Assembly (NCBI GenBank): GCA_002633005.1
Contig: NMRA01000142.1
Location: 602,860-666,859, forward strand
DNA: 64,000 nt
Reading direction: 5' to 3'
Origin: Phoronis australis
Lineage: Eukaryota; Animalia; Phoronida
A program made the translations under genes and the position numbers. A model generated the notes under the pieces. The model did not search any database. It saw only the letters and a list, made by a program, of their open reading frames with translations, and was not told where the DNA came from. Of the stretch, positions 25,113 through 36,191 are shown piece by piece. Within the stretch, counting starts at the first letter, position 1, and the number at the start of each line of letters is the position of its first letter.

Positions 25113-26329
25113 TTTAAACTGCAGATCTAGTTGTTTGTATACACTCACTCAGCGCAAAAATACACGTGGCCAGAATGGGCATAAATTCATTATTTTATGT
25201 TAGTAAAAGGATTATTTCTTCTGGAGGCCCATCGCTTCAAAATAAAAAGAATTTGAAGAGTTCTCAGAATACTTGTTCATCCGTCTTGGCTTATCGAAAC
25301 CGTCAATGAAGCTTCTGACATGTATACATACTCGAGATGTATCCTTTGTAAACAGTACTTAGCTAACACCACACGGTAAGGGGTGTAGCTACCACGTATG
25401 CAACGATGGATGTGCGGACTAGAAAAATGACAGAATCGAAGGATTTGCAACGTATACCATGAATCCTATTACATTAAAGACAGTCTTGCTGTTTGTTTGT
25501 TTGTTTGTGGGCACTCTTATGCTCAAATTTGAGTGATTCCGCTGGGCGTGCTCTCGGTGGTATTATTCTAAATTTCATAACCTGAAAGATATGTGCTACA
25601 ATACTTTTAACCACCTCTATTCCGTCCGTGTACAACTCATTATGGAATATTGCTATGGAGTCTTGGGATTTCAAGATTTTTGTTGTTGTAACTTTGTACA
25701 AAACAGATCTACGTGGTATCATTTTTAGCGTGTATGTATGTTGTATCAACATGTATATAAAGCCAAACATGCTTATGCCTACGTCACGTCCACATGTGTG
25801 TCTCTCAAGTGATCCTCCTAATGACACCTATTGAAAAGGAAGTTAATGTCAATGACATTTGTTTTTGTTGTGTAAGGGTAGTATTGCCACAATCTGAGGA
25901 CAGTGTTGCGTGCATTCTAGGGTGTTGTGGTGATTTTGGATAGTGTTGTAGAGTTTTAGATTATTGTAGTCATCATGGGGGATGTTGTGGTGTTTGTAGG
26001 GTGTTGTGGCATCTATACATAGGACCAGCAACAATACTACATGGCTCAAGGCACAAAGTGTAATTTTAGACATCAGTAAATAAGAATGTATTTTTAATCA
26101 ATTCTCCTTTTACTCCAACTTTTTTTAATATCTATCTAAAATCATACGCATCATGTGTCATCATTTATCTCGTGACTTTTTGTCACCAACTCAGGACTTT
26201 TTAAGTTGATGTTGAGAGCCGTAAATTTCCTGTTTTTTGATTTTTGATTTACTTTTCAGTGATCACATTTTCTTGTTCATGTTCAACCACAGGGTATTTT
26301 GTCTCGACACACTTCTATGAAATTCTTCA

Positions 26330-26470
26330 TAGGCAACATCATTCCAACATGATGCTGAACAAGGTCCTTGGTACAGTGTTGGCGTACAGAAATGAGCAAA
26401 ATAAATTACCACCAATCTTGTATCTGCAGTGCGACAATTGTTACAGAGAAAACAAAAACAAATTTGCCAA
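26330..26470 (+). mobile_element. Sola-like DDE transposase fragment 1
   Basis: SNMMLNKVL......LPPILYLQCDNCYRENKNKF carries a DNCxxENKN motif. The matching downstream HTHEDIDQ motif is at 28494-28560. Confidence 0.6.
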
Positions 26471-27094
26471 TGACATGCTAGCCCTCCTCAGACTTCATCA
26501 AAGAGATAATTGTAACGAGACGGGTTTTATTTAACAAACAGGACTGTTCTATGTCTATATTGTCCTGTTTCTAGAGGGGCCATTACCAGTTAAGCAGTTT
26601 ATGGTGTACTCGATTACATTGTATCTCAAGCACGGCTAATTGGATTCAATCTAAACTTTCAGATACTATATCAACATATCAATATCAACAAAAATATCAA
26701 CATTGTTCCCCAGGCTACTGATTTTTTAAAGGATTTGGTTTTGCATAATATACCTTCAAATCCGAAGACTTTCATCATTTTTATGACAATATAGATTTTC
26801 ATCTCAAAGGCTACATAAAATGAAATAGGACAACTTGGAAAACTTTATGAGATGTCTTCACGAATATTTATGTAAAATGAAAAGAACAAATCGTAAAACT
26901 GTTTTAGAGATGTTTTCATGAAAATTTATTGACATGAAATTTAGCGATGCCAATACTGCATTATCTTTCCCGAAACATTTTTCCCCGAATTTCAACAAAT
27001 TGAAGAACTTGTTCCGCTATTTGTTACGTGGAGTTTGAGAATATCGTGAAAATTAACAGAGCTTGAAATGTCCTGTTTGATTTCACACCAACAG

Positions 27095-27400
27095 GATTGA
27101 TCCGATAACTAAAATTCTAGAAAGTGACGACTTTGTCAGACAAGTCTTTGGCTGTTGTCTTGCAAGAGATGTATCGTGTAATCTAGGCGTAGTTTCACAT
27201 CCGAATGCTTACGTTTGCAACTACGAGACAAGCCACAGACCAAGTATGGAAAAGACGAATATTTTGACTCGTATGGTAGGCCACTGACAACGGACCACTT
27301 GCGAGACTTTCTTCACAGAAATACGAATGGATGGACAACTCAGACCAGACAACTTCAGGGACTTTCATCAGCACTTTGTGGACAATACTGTACAAAACTA
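27095..27400 (+). mobile_element. Polinton/Maverick adenain-like cysteine protease remnant
   Basis: FVRQVFGCCLARD.....PNAYVCN / EYFDSYGRP....RQLQGLSSALCGQYC carries the FDSYG and Q-x6-CGxYC motifs of adenovirus-type maturation proteases. The His motif is lost at a frameshift. Confidence 0.7.
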
Positions 27401-28493
27401 TTAGTTGTATCATTGCCAAGAATGGTGTTAGGACTTCAAAATCACTTTGTTTCACAAAGACACCGACACTAACGAGTGCTCTACGATCTGTTTAAGAATC
27501 GGTTGACTGATTAATTAGGACAATAAGGTCCGTAACCTTATCATTATGGATCAGTTTGAATACTTTCACCATATCCTCCCCCCACACACTCGCCCACTAA
27601 TTTTTGTGTACCAACCTACACGTCGCTTTCTTAGCCTCCTTACTGGACTATTATTATCACGTGCCTTGATTTGGTCAGTTTTCAGCTCTCATAAGCTGAT
27701 AATTGTCACCAGTCCTTAGGCACTCTCTCATTATCCTATCTTGTGTTTCAGTTCATCAACTTTGTTACAGCCACAAAGACATACGTCTATAAACTTATAT
27801 ACTTATTTTCCCATCCCCCATTCCTGATTTTCTCATACCTCCACATGGCTGGTTTTATTTATTCAATTTGCTAACAACTTTCAAAATCACGTAAATGTGG
27901 CGTCGTTCATGGGGGATGTGTTGGGAGAGATTAGAAGACTGTTCATGAAGTGGGAAAGACAAGAAATCCGTGGCTAACAGAGGACATGATCACCTGGCCA
28001 GATGCTGTTAAAATACCTTTGTGAGGATAACATGAAAGACCTGGTGGAACTCAATGATGGTGAAATAGATTACAGCCAGTTTAAACAGAGACAGCTAACC
28101 AGGACAATCAGGTAAGCTTCGCTTAACAGCATAAGATTGTGTTGTATTCTCTATCTATTGCTTGTAATTGTATTCTTCATAATAAGTAACCAAATATCGC
28201 ATACCTCGGTCTCCTTTTCATCTCTCTTTTCCAGTTTGTGATGCATGCTTATCTACACCAAGGATTCAGTTCTATTTCCCGTAAAATCGTTGATCAGCCA
28301 TGCACATTTTTGAAACTGTACACACTGGGTTTACTTTGTGGTGTACATTTTTATTTAAATTAACTCCGATATCAGTTTCTATCTAGAAACAGCATTGTTC
28401 TCACGTAAGATACGCAACATATTTGTAACTGCACTATTTACTAGCACTTCCTTGCAGTTAAAGTAATCCTGTTTTTTCATGTGAAAGGAAACG

Positions 28494-28560
28494 CACACAC
28501 ATGAGGACATCGATCAACGGTTGGGCAAAGTATCTCATGCACTGCACAGATACGATGCTA
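28494..28560 (+). mobile_element. Sola-like DDE transposase fragment 2
   Basis: HTHEDIDQRLGKVSHALHRYDA, colinear with the fragment at 26330-26470. Confidence 0.55.
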
Positions 28561-29394
28561 ATCTAAAGAGGAGCTTTTGGAAATCACGCAAACCTCCCTC
28601 CGACAGCACTGGAATGTATGTCTGGACTGTGAACACTCATAAGAGAATAACTGATAATACTGATACCAAGGAAATTACACTAAACAACAGTGACAAAAGA
28701 TTAAAGTGAATTCTCAGACAGGTTAACATCAAGTTCAGAACTTTTACAACACTGGATGGAGACTACAGTGAAATGAAATATGAAAATGAACCCAGCAAAT
28801 TAGCTTTTATCTTATGCCTCATGATTGGTGGAATATTTTGGAATTTATTCTGATTGGTCAACTGAATTGCTACTTCATGAAAATCCAGTGTTATTACACC
28901 CACTTTCAAAGAAGATTCCTGGCGTGAGCAAGTCAATTTTTTACCCTGTTGTAATCATGACAGCACTCGCATACTCTACATTACTAACTAGATTGTACTT
29001 GTTTTTCTCACTAAGTTGTCTAATGAAAATTGAAATTTTAAAAACATGAATCTAAGATGTTGGAACAGTTTAGAAGATATGACTCAAAATTGCTTTGTTG
29101 CACTTTCATGACACTTTAAAATTCTGAGGACATTTGTAATAAAATTTAAATTTCTAATAAGAAGCATGCATAAACTATTACTTATCAGTATGTGATAATA
29201 GTTATAATTGCTATGTACAAACATATATATTCAAAATATTTTTATGTTAAATTAGTCTACTGCTACATGTAATACTGAATTATAAACGTGTCTTAAGCAT
29301 GTAATATGTTTTTTAGCAATCCTTTAAGTGTTCTTGTTTGCAAAATGTTCTTGTGTACCTTGGAACCAACATTCTCAAACAATTATTTTTGTAG

Positions 29395-32251
29395 ATGAAT
29401 CCGAAGAGAGACCAAAGTAGTCGCACCTGGCGAAGGCTATCTGGAAGAGTTAGTATTCATTACAATGAGATTGTGGAATGAATTTTTTAATCATTGGATG
29501 AAAAAATATTTGCATTCACATATAACAGAAGTTATATTGGAAAGGCCCTTTCATATTGCTTAACTCCAGTCTGAGCAGAGCGTTGACGTAAACAGCCCAC
29601 AGTTAACTGGACACTTTATACTGGCTTTGGTGCTTACTGAACATCGAAGTTAACGGTTGGTGACGCTGTCGTCATCGAAGTTATCGCACGCTAAATTTTT
29701 TTCAAAATGACAATAAGGGAACGTTTACGTGTGCAAAATGACATTAAACTTATTTTTAAATAGATTGGTTACTATTAGAGCAAATATGAGCAGCAATTAA
29801 TGACGGCACTACCCCTTAACTGTTGACGATAACAGTGGCACCTGGCGATAACTTCGATTGGACCGAAGTTAAGCGTTCATACTGCACTGCAGCGTCGATG
29901 CTGCGCTATTAAATCCACCTGTTAACTGCGATGTTAAGTGGAGCTGTTAAATGTGATCCAGGACCGGAGTTAAGCGTTCATACTGACCGCAGCTCCCCAA
30001 ATCATCGCCACATCGACGTTAGTATGAACGGCCATTAAGTATGTGCTTTAACACCCCTGGGAGATCAAATTGGCCAACCACAAAGTTTGGGGGTCACCAT
30101 GGTAATTAGTGAAATGCAAAGGTGCAGTGGCAATCCCAGTTACAAGGTCTTAAGATTTCAATGCAGTTGGGTATGCTGCGAAACAGGTAGGCACCATTAA
30201 TGAAATTAGTTTTAATGATTGAGGAAATGGAAAAGTCCTCCGCTTAAGATATTTTTAATATCATTTCTAAAATGTTTTGGTTTATTTACAATCTCTTATT
30301 ACAGGGGCATGAGGTTTCGATCAGTCATCTCTCTAGGTATTTTTATTATAATGATTTGTTCAAAAGTTGACTTTTGGGAATTGACTAATCTAATTTTGAG
30401 TTTCTTATGTAAATGTTTAGGTCACCAAATGGCACAGACGTCATGCTGTTAAGGTTTTGGCAGTATACTTGCCTAAACCTGTCAAGGGGAAGCCATGTCC
30501 CCGGCTTCAGTTTGTTGGTAAGTTTGTTGTTGAATAGTCAATGTCTTCTAGAGCTTTTGACAAAGAGCATGTCTTTTGAATTCAACATGGTTATTTTATG
30601 GTGTTCTTCTATATACAATTAATGCACAGGATGATGTTGTCTTATTTGGAACCCGGAAAGAGCACTAACTCAACTCTTTTCATATGCGCTGCCTCAGAAA
30701 GATACTTGGCATCTAATGGCTCCACGTCTCCAACAACAAAATTCTAACCCAGGCTGAACTACTTAGTATGTACGCAAAGCTTGCCTAGAGGTTCCTCCAT
30801 TGGGTTGGCTGCATGTGGCACATTGACTATGGGAGATTACCAAAGGATATACTTTGTGGAGAGCTTGCCACTGGAACCAGACATGCAGGAAACCTCATTC
30901 TTCGTTATAAAGATTTTTGCAAGTGTGAGCTGAAGACAGGGAAACCTGACCATTTCAGAATGAGAAGCTGTGGCCTCCTATCGCAGTAGTTTGAGGTCGA
31001 GTGTCAAGCTGTGCACTAAAACTAGTGAGCATTTGTACAAGGGTCAACTATTTGCAAAATTGTCAATGAATGTAATTGCATTTTGCTTAGTGTAGATGAT
31101 ATTGAAATAACATTGTTGTTTAGTTCCTGCTATACATTAGCATAGTTAGGAGCCTACAAATACACTTTTAATCCTGGCAAATTATGGGATTAGGTTTAGG
31201 GTATTAGGAGGATGTCTTTTAAAAATGTGATGTACCATGACAATCACATTTTCTTTGTTTTTCACATATTGTGAATAAGAACCACTTAAAGCATAGCAGA
31301 TTCATTGACATTGGCAAGTACTGACATGTGTTACTCCTCCATGTTTGTTAGGTAATTTGTTTACATTTGTGAAAATTTATAGACTTTCCGGATATAGAAC
31401 CATCACAAATAAACACCTGGGCTCTGGTCACACCGCGGAAGGTGGTTACTAGTTTGGTGAAAGAGTATTGTAAGTTTAATTGCTTGTACTTACTGACTTG
31501 TTGATAACGTATTATAAACTCTTGAACAAATTCAGTTTACTTTGGTAGATGTTATGTTAAAATGTGAGCAAGGTAACCTTTTAACACACAGGACATTTAG
31601 CCAATTATCTTCAAAACTGTGGACTGTCCCTAAATTGGCAAAAGTACGTGTTACACTTTAGTAAATTACCATTGCGTTTTCATGTCTTTCAACGTTTATT
31701 TTTTTCATAAAATCATTTAATTCCTATTTTTGATTGCACTTCATGCAAAATTGCATTATTGTACAAACTATTCATAACATTGTGTTTGTCAAATTTGGAC
31801 ATACTAAGGTATTCAATAACCAGAGGTACATGCATAATTATTTGCTTCATTGGCAACTATTGTAAACTTTGTCTCTCGGGTTTTATGTTGACCAAGCTTT
31901 CCCGTTTAATGCAAGCACTCTATACTGGTGCACTCATTTCAACTATTTAGGTTGAACTTTTGAAATTTCAGGTACCTGATTTGCTGTGCTGTGCTTCTTT
32001 CTGTTTGGCAGAATTTTATTATTATTTGCATTCACTTTTCTCAGCAGAGAAATTCCACTTCACATTTAAAGGCAACTGTGTTGTTACACATTACATAAAT
32101 TATTTTCCTTATCTGTTTTCTGTAGTTGCATTCTCTTTCACAGTGAAATGCTTGAATGGTCATGAAGTGCGTAATTGTTGGGGTGAAGATAACCAACCTG
32201 AGTGGTGGCCAGATAACATAAAATACATGTCGCCAAATGAAAGACGAAAAG
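29395..32251 (+). CDS. Partial spliced gene for a divergent NRF1/Ewg-like DNA-binding domain (exons 29395-29448, 30421-30517, 31383-31469, 32144-32251)
   Basis: Four AG/GT-bounded exons join in phase (0,1,1) without stops: MNPKRDQSSRTWRRLSGR-VTKWHRRHAVKVLAVYLPKPVKGKPCPRLQFV-DFPDIEPSQINTWALVTPRKVVTSLVKEY-LKCLNGHEVRNCWGEDNQPEWWPDNIKYMSPNERRK. The WG....PxWWP motif is as in NRF1. The 3' end was not found. Confidence 0.55.
29544..30033. mobile_element. Probable MITE with GGCC..TTCATA-type ends and internal GTTAAGCGTTCATACTG repeats
   Basis: Left GGCCCTTTCATATTGCTTAACTCC, right AGTATGAACGGCC, with internal repeats and inverted segments. TSD not clear. Confidence 0.35.
30650..31030 (+). mobile_element. 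RTE-like non-LTR retrotransposon 3' remnant
   Basis: LNSFHMRCLRKILGI*W..VSNNKIL..A...SM......LHWVG......GRLPKDILCGELATGTR..G...LRYKD. Confidence 0.8.
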
Positions 32252-33019
32252 GTATTGTATGGTATTTCACTATTTAAAGTTACTGTTAAAGAATTAGTTT
32301 AACTCAAGGCACCAAGTTCGTAATACCAGTGCAGAAGGTATTCCAAGACTTCAAGCATGAAGAGTTGTGTAAATACACCTTTTAATGTGTATGATTGTAT
32401 GAAGTAGAGGGAGTGGACCCATTTGTAGAGGGATTTGTAAACGAAGTTTTGTGACAGAAACAATTGCTTTGTAGTGGCTTATTCTCCAGTATCAAGATGA
32501 TCCTATGGTTGTTTGTTTGTTATAACCTATTCCGGAAATATTCAGAACCATTCTGTGGAGTTATGTGGAAAGCTAGCTCTTTGTGAACTTTTTATTTTCA
32601 AATCTGAACTTTTTGTTGGGAGTTACTCACAAAAAGCTCTCTTTGGTAGAGAATCATGTTGGAAATGGCACTATTTTGTAGAGGAACTGACTGAAAAACT
32701 CACCCTTTTGATCGATATGTCCCGTATACTTCTGCTATGGGATTGTTTGTGTGCTAATGAGAGCTTTTGAAATATATACATCTATTAAAATACGCCTGTC
32801 TTTGCTCCTGATAGCTTTGCTAAGAACCATCCATCAATCGATATCATAACTGTTTGTGCTGGTTGGTGTCACAGTCCAAATTACATACAGGGTAAAGATC
32901 ATGACCTCACAGAGTTACGGAGAATCGTGAATGAAAAATTTGATACTATGCGCCCAGCACTGCCTAATGAGATTGAGTCATTACAGGGAGATGAAACCAT
33001 CAGAAAAGAACATACTTAA

Positions 33020-33105
33020 AGATCCAGTGAAATGGCTTCAAAACAAAGTACATTATCTGGAGAAAAGATCTCGCAGGGATAATAGGATTTTTCATGGGTT
33101 GCAGG
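33020..33105 (+). mobile_element. LINE ORF1-like remnant
   Basis: LQNKVHYLEKRSRRDNRIFHGL resembles the LE.RSRRxNLIFxG motif of L1/CR1 ORF1 proteins. Confidence 0.45.
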
Positions 33106-34225
33106 GGGGAGTATTTGGAATATGGTTAAAGTAACAGTCAAGAGCTAACATTAAATCTAGAATCTCACACACAATAATCATTACATGTGCAGAAACCATT
33201 TCAGAAAACGCCACAAAAATTCGATAATATTCAGGGTTACGTATTTCATAATTCAACAAAAAAATGGAAAATATCAGGAAGTATAACAGTGTCGGTGTTT
33301 TCAGATTTAGTGACTGGATGCAATAAGGGAATGCAATATAAATGAGTTGATTTTGACAGCGGTTCATTGTTTGCAAATGGTAAATAACTCATTTCAGTAG
33401 AAGCTGTTTCATTACAGGTATGCTGATGGGTGTTCATAGGATAACCTGTCTGCCTTTAGAATTAGGGCAAAAGCAAATGGCTTAGTCTAGGCTGTTAACA
33501 AGAAATTCTGCTTCAGTTGCAAGTAAAATTACAACTACGAGATAGCGGAATCAAGTGATTGTGCCGATGCTTCACGTCTACTGGATTCACCTCACCGCCA
33601 AGTTGCTCATCAACCAGAATATCATGATAAAGTTTTTCTAGCGTGGTTTGGTAAACAGATTGCTGAAAATTACAGTCTCGATTTTTATTCCTACTGTCAA
33701 TGAGCATTGCTTCCCAAATCGTAAAATGCTCTTCTTGACTGACAATACAAGTAACTAGTACTTGGTTGTTTATGTGATGCAAGCGTCAACTTCAATACTC
33801 AAAAGCCCTGCTCATCGCAAACCAAGAATATCCATTTTGCATAAACTCACAATAATACAACAATGAACATCACTCATTGCAGATTTAGTACTTTACAACC
33901 CAAACCCCACCTTTCAACCAGTTGGAGGGTGAGTTCCAAGATATCGCAATTCACAATGCATATGCAAAATGGTATCTCCAAAGCATGACACGATGCTGTA
34001 GACATTCAGTATTTTCAAGTTATGAACTGACTCACCCTGAGGATGCATTCGCATCAAGGAGAAATCAATCAGAGAGATATTAATTACAACACGGTGATGT
34101 AAACAGAGAACTGCCAAGGAAATAAGTAATCAATGCTAAAATTTAAGTCTCGAGCGGAGACTTTACGTCCAAAGATGGATTCCCCTCAATGACATGACAG
34201 GGTTAGTCAGTTCACAATTACGTTT

Positions 34226-34511
34226 AACAGCTTAATATTTAAAATGACTTAACATTCTTATTAAAATGACATAGGTAAAAAATTGAATTTCGGGCCTCAA
34301 AATCGAGGCCCCCTATATTAATATAGAAGGCCTCGCTGAAAGGTGGTCAAAAAGCACGGCTTCTATATTAATATAGGTGCCCCGCTCTCCCGCTGCCTTT
34401 CTGCGTGGCTCCCTACATTAATATAGGAGAACCTAGCTTTTGACCGCCGAAATTCAATTTTTGCCCTATGTCGTTTTAATAAGAATAAGCCATTTTAAAT
34501 AATAAACTGTT
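34226..34511. mobile_element. Palindromic MITE-like element with long imperfect TIRs
   Basis: TATTTAAAATGACTTA..ATTCTTATTAAAATGACATAGG...TTGAATTTCGG is mirrored by CCGAAATTCAA...CCTATGTCGTTTTAATAAGAATAAGCCATTTTAAATA. Three internal CTATATTAATATAG-like palindromes. Confidence 0.7.
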
Positions 34512-35349
34512 GTTTGAGAACAGTAGATGCATTCATGAACTTAAATTGTGTTATGCTTCAGACTTCTAAAAGTATCAATAAATAGTTCACACAAGGTGGC
34601 AGCAGCTCATTTTCAGCACCAGTTTTGTAAAAATCATCAAGTGCACAATAAATTGCTGACAGAAGTGAAGTAATTAAAAATACACTGGCAAGACACACTT
34701 CAACTTGCAGAAAGCGTAAACATAAAATGTCTAAAAAATTCTTGCTAAAAACGGCAAGGCAGGGAATGACACAATATTAAATCCATGCGAACACTCTTCA
34801 AGCACGGAATAATTAATAGATCCATAAAAACCCACCCATAACAAAATGTTGAAGAAATAGAATCCCACTTTGTTTTGTGAACACTCATCAATCAAGGAAA
34901 GTTATATCTATGAACTTTCTTGTCGAGATTTATGTCGCATTTCTGAGGTTTTCACATAACTTTCAGTTAAGTATTTGATCATGCGTTTTCGAAGCATAAT
35001 TATACAGTGTCATGTGACTACCGTACTTTTCATGATTTCAAATACCTAATATCAAATTGGAGATTCACAATAAATTTACTACATTAAATTTCTTAAAATC
35101 AGGTACAAAACGAGATTCATCATGTCAATTCAACAATACCATTTTAACTTTTGAGCAACTTACGGACAACCAACCACACAACTAGAGGGCTTCACTTGAA
35201 TTGCTATGATTCAGATTATTCCTGAAAAATCAAAAAAAAATCATATTCACCACACAAATGTCAAAAGAAGTAGTAGCTGAATCATTCAAACTCTAAGACA
35301 GTTCCTGGAAACGAACAGCTGAATGATGAAACATATCACTTATGTTACT

Positions 35350-35837
35350 CAGGGCTTGGAATGACCAATGACAGAAAAAATGGAAATTTTGACAGCCCAA
35401 ACATGCGCGCTTCCCAGTCTTAAAATAGTTGATGTGGACCTTTTACCGACAAAAATCGGGAGGACTAAAAATAAAACGGTACCACCACCAGAAGCGTGTC
35501 TGCGTCTTTTTAGCTCATCCGTCCACTCCCGCCTCCACACATTTTTTGGCTGCAGAGTCGTAGGTCGTAGTATTTTACAATCACACGAGACGCCATTGAA
35601 AAATTCACCACGCTATAGCAGATGCCCCGGCAATGTTGACAATTTACGTTCCTCCAAAACATAAAGAGCAACTTCCGCTTTTCGAGGTGAAAGTCGTCGA
35701 CAACGCCGCAGTAAGAAATTTGCTGCGAAAATTTTATATCAAATCCAATTTTTTTACGCGGAAATATAATAAAATACGCGGACAGAACATTTGAAAAAAG
35801 CGGAAATCCGCATTTCTGTGGAAAATGCCAAGCCTTG
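35350..35837. mobile_element. CAGGG-terminated MITE with 6-bp TSD, copy 2
   Basis: Homologous over its length to 230-700. Flanked by GTTACT (35344-35349 and 35838-35843). Confidence 0.85.
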
Positions 35838-35962
35838 GTTACTGTATTACATGGAAATCTTTGAAGGGCTACAGAATCTTAAGTCATGAGACCAAAAACA
35901 TGTTTTCCAACCAATTTATTATGTATAGTATGCTTTGCTTTTGTATAATTTAACAAGAAAAG

Positions 35963-36035
35963 GAGACAGTGTGGCACAGTGATTTGAGCTCCGGATTCCT
36001 GCTCGATAGACCCGGGTTCAAATCCTGGCTTCACT
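35963..36035 (+). mobile_element. tRNA-derived SINE head (Pol III A/B boxes)
   Basis: TGGCACAGTGA (A-box-like) and GGTTCAAATCC (B box) at tRNA-like spacing. No clean cloverleaf. Confidence 0.5.
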
Positions 36036-36191
36036 GGCACACAATCGAGCATTGCACAAAGGTGTCTCCTGCTCCTCTGAGCTCGGTCTTACTAGTTAAT
36101 GTATGCAAGGGAGCGAATAAGAACTTGGATATAATGCGGAAATTTTACAAGAAATAATTTTTTTACCAATAAGACTAACCAGTAAATATCA

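Noticed and set aside
25610-25830. Possible CACTA/EnSpm transposase fragment on the minus strand (ELYTDGIEVV)
   Set aside because: Only a short partial motif, too weak to call. If real, it is an exception to the plus-strand bias noted for this block.
33513-34117. Minus-strand ORFs (89 and 67 aa) as exons of a gene
   Set aside because: No consistent splice-phase chain or recognisable domain.
35963-36035. tRNA gene
   Set aside because: A and B boxes are present but I cannot fold proper acceptor and anticodon stems; better explained as a SINE head.
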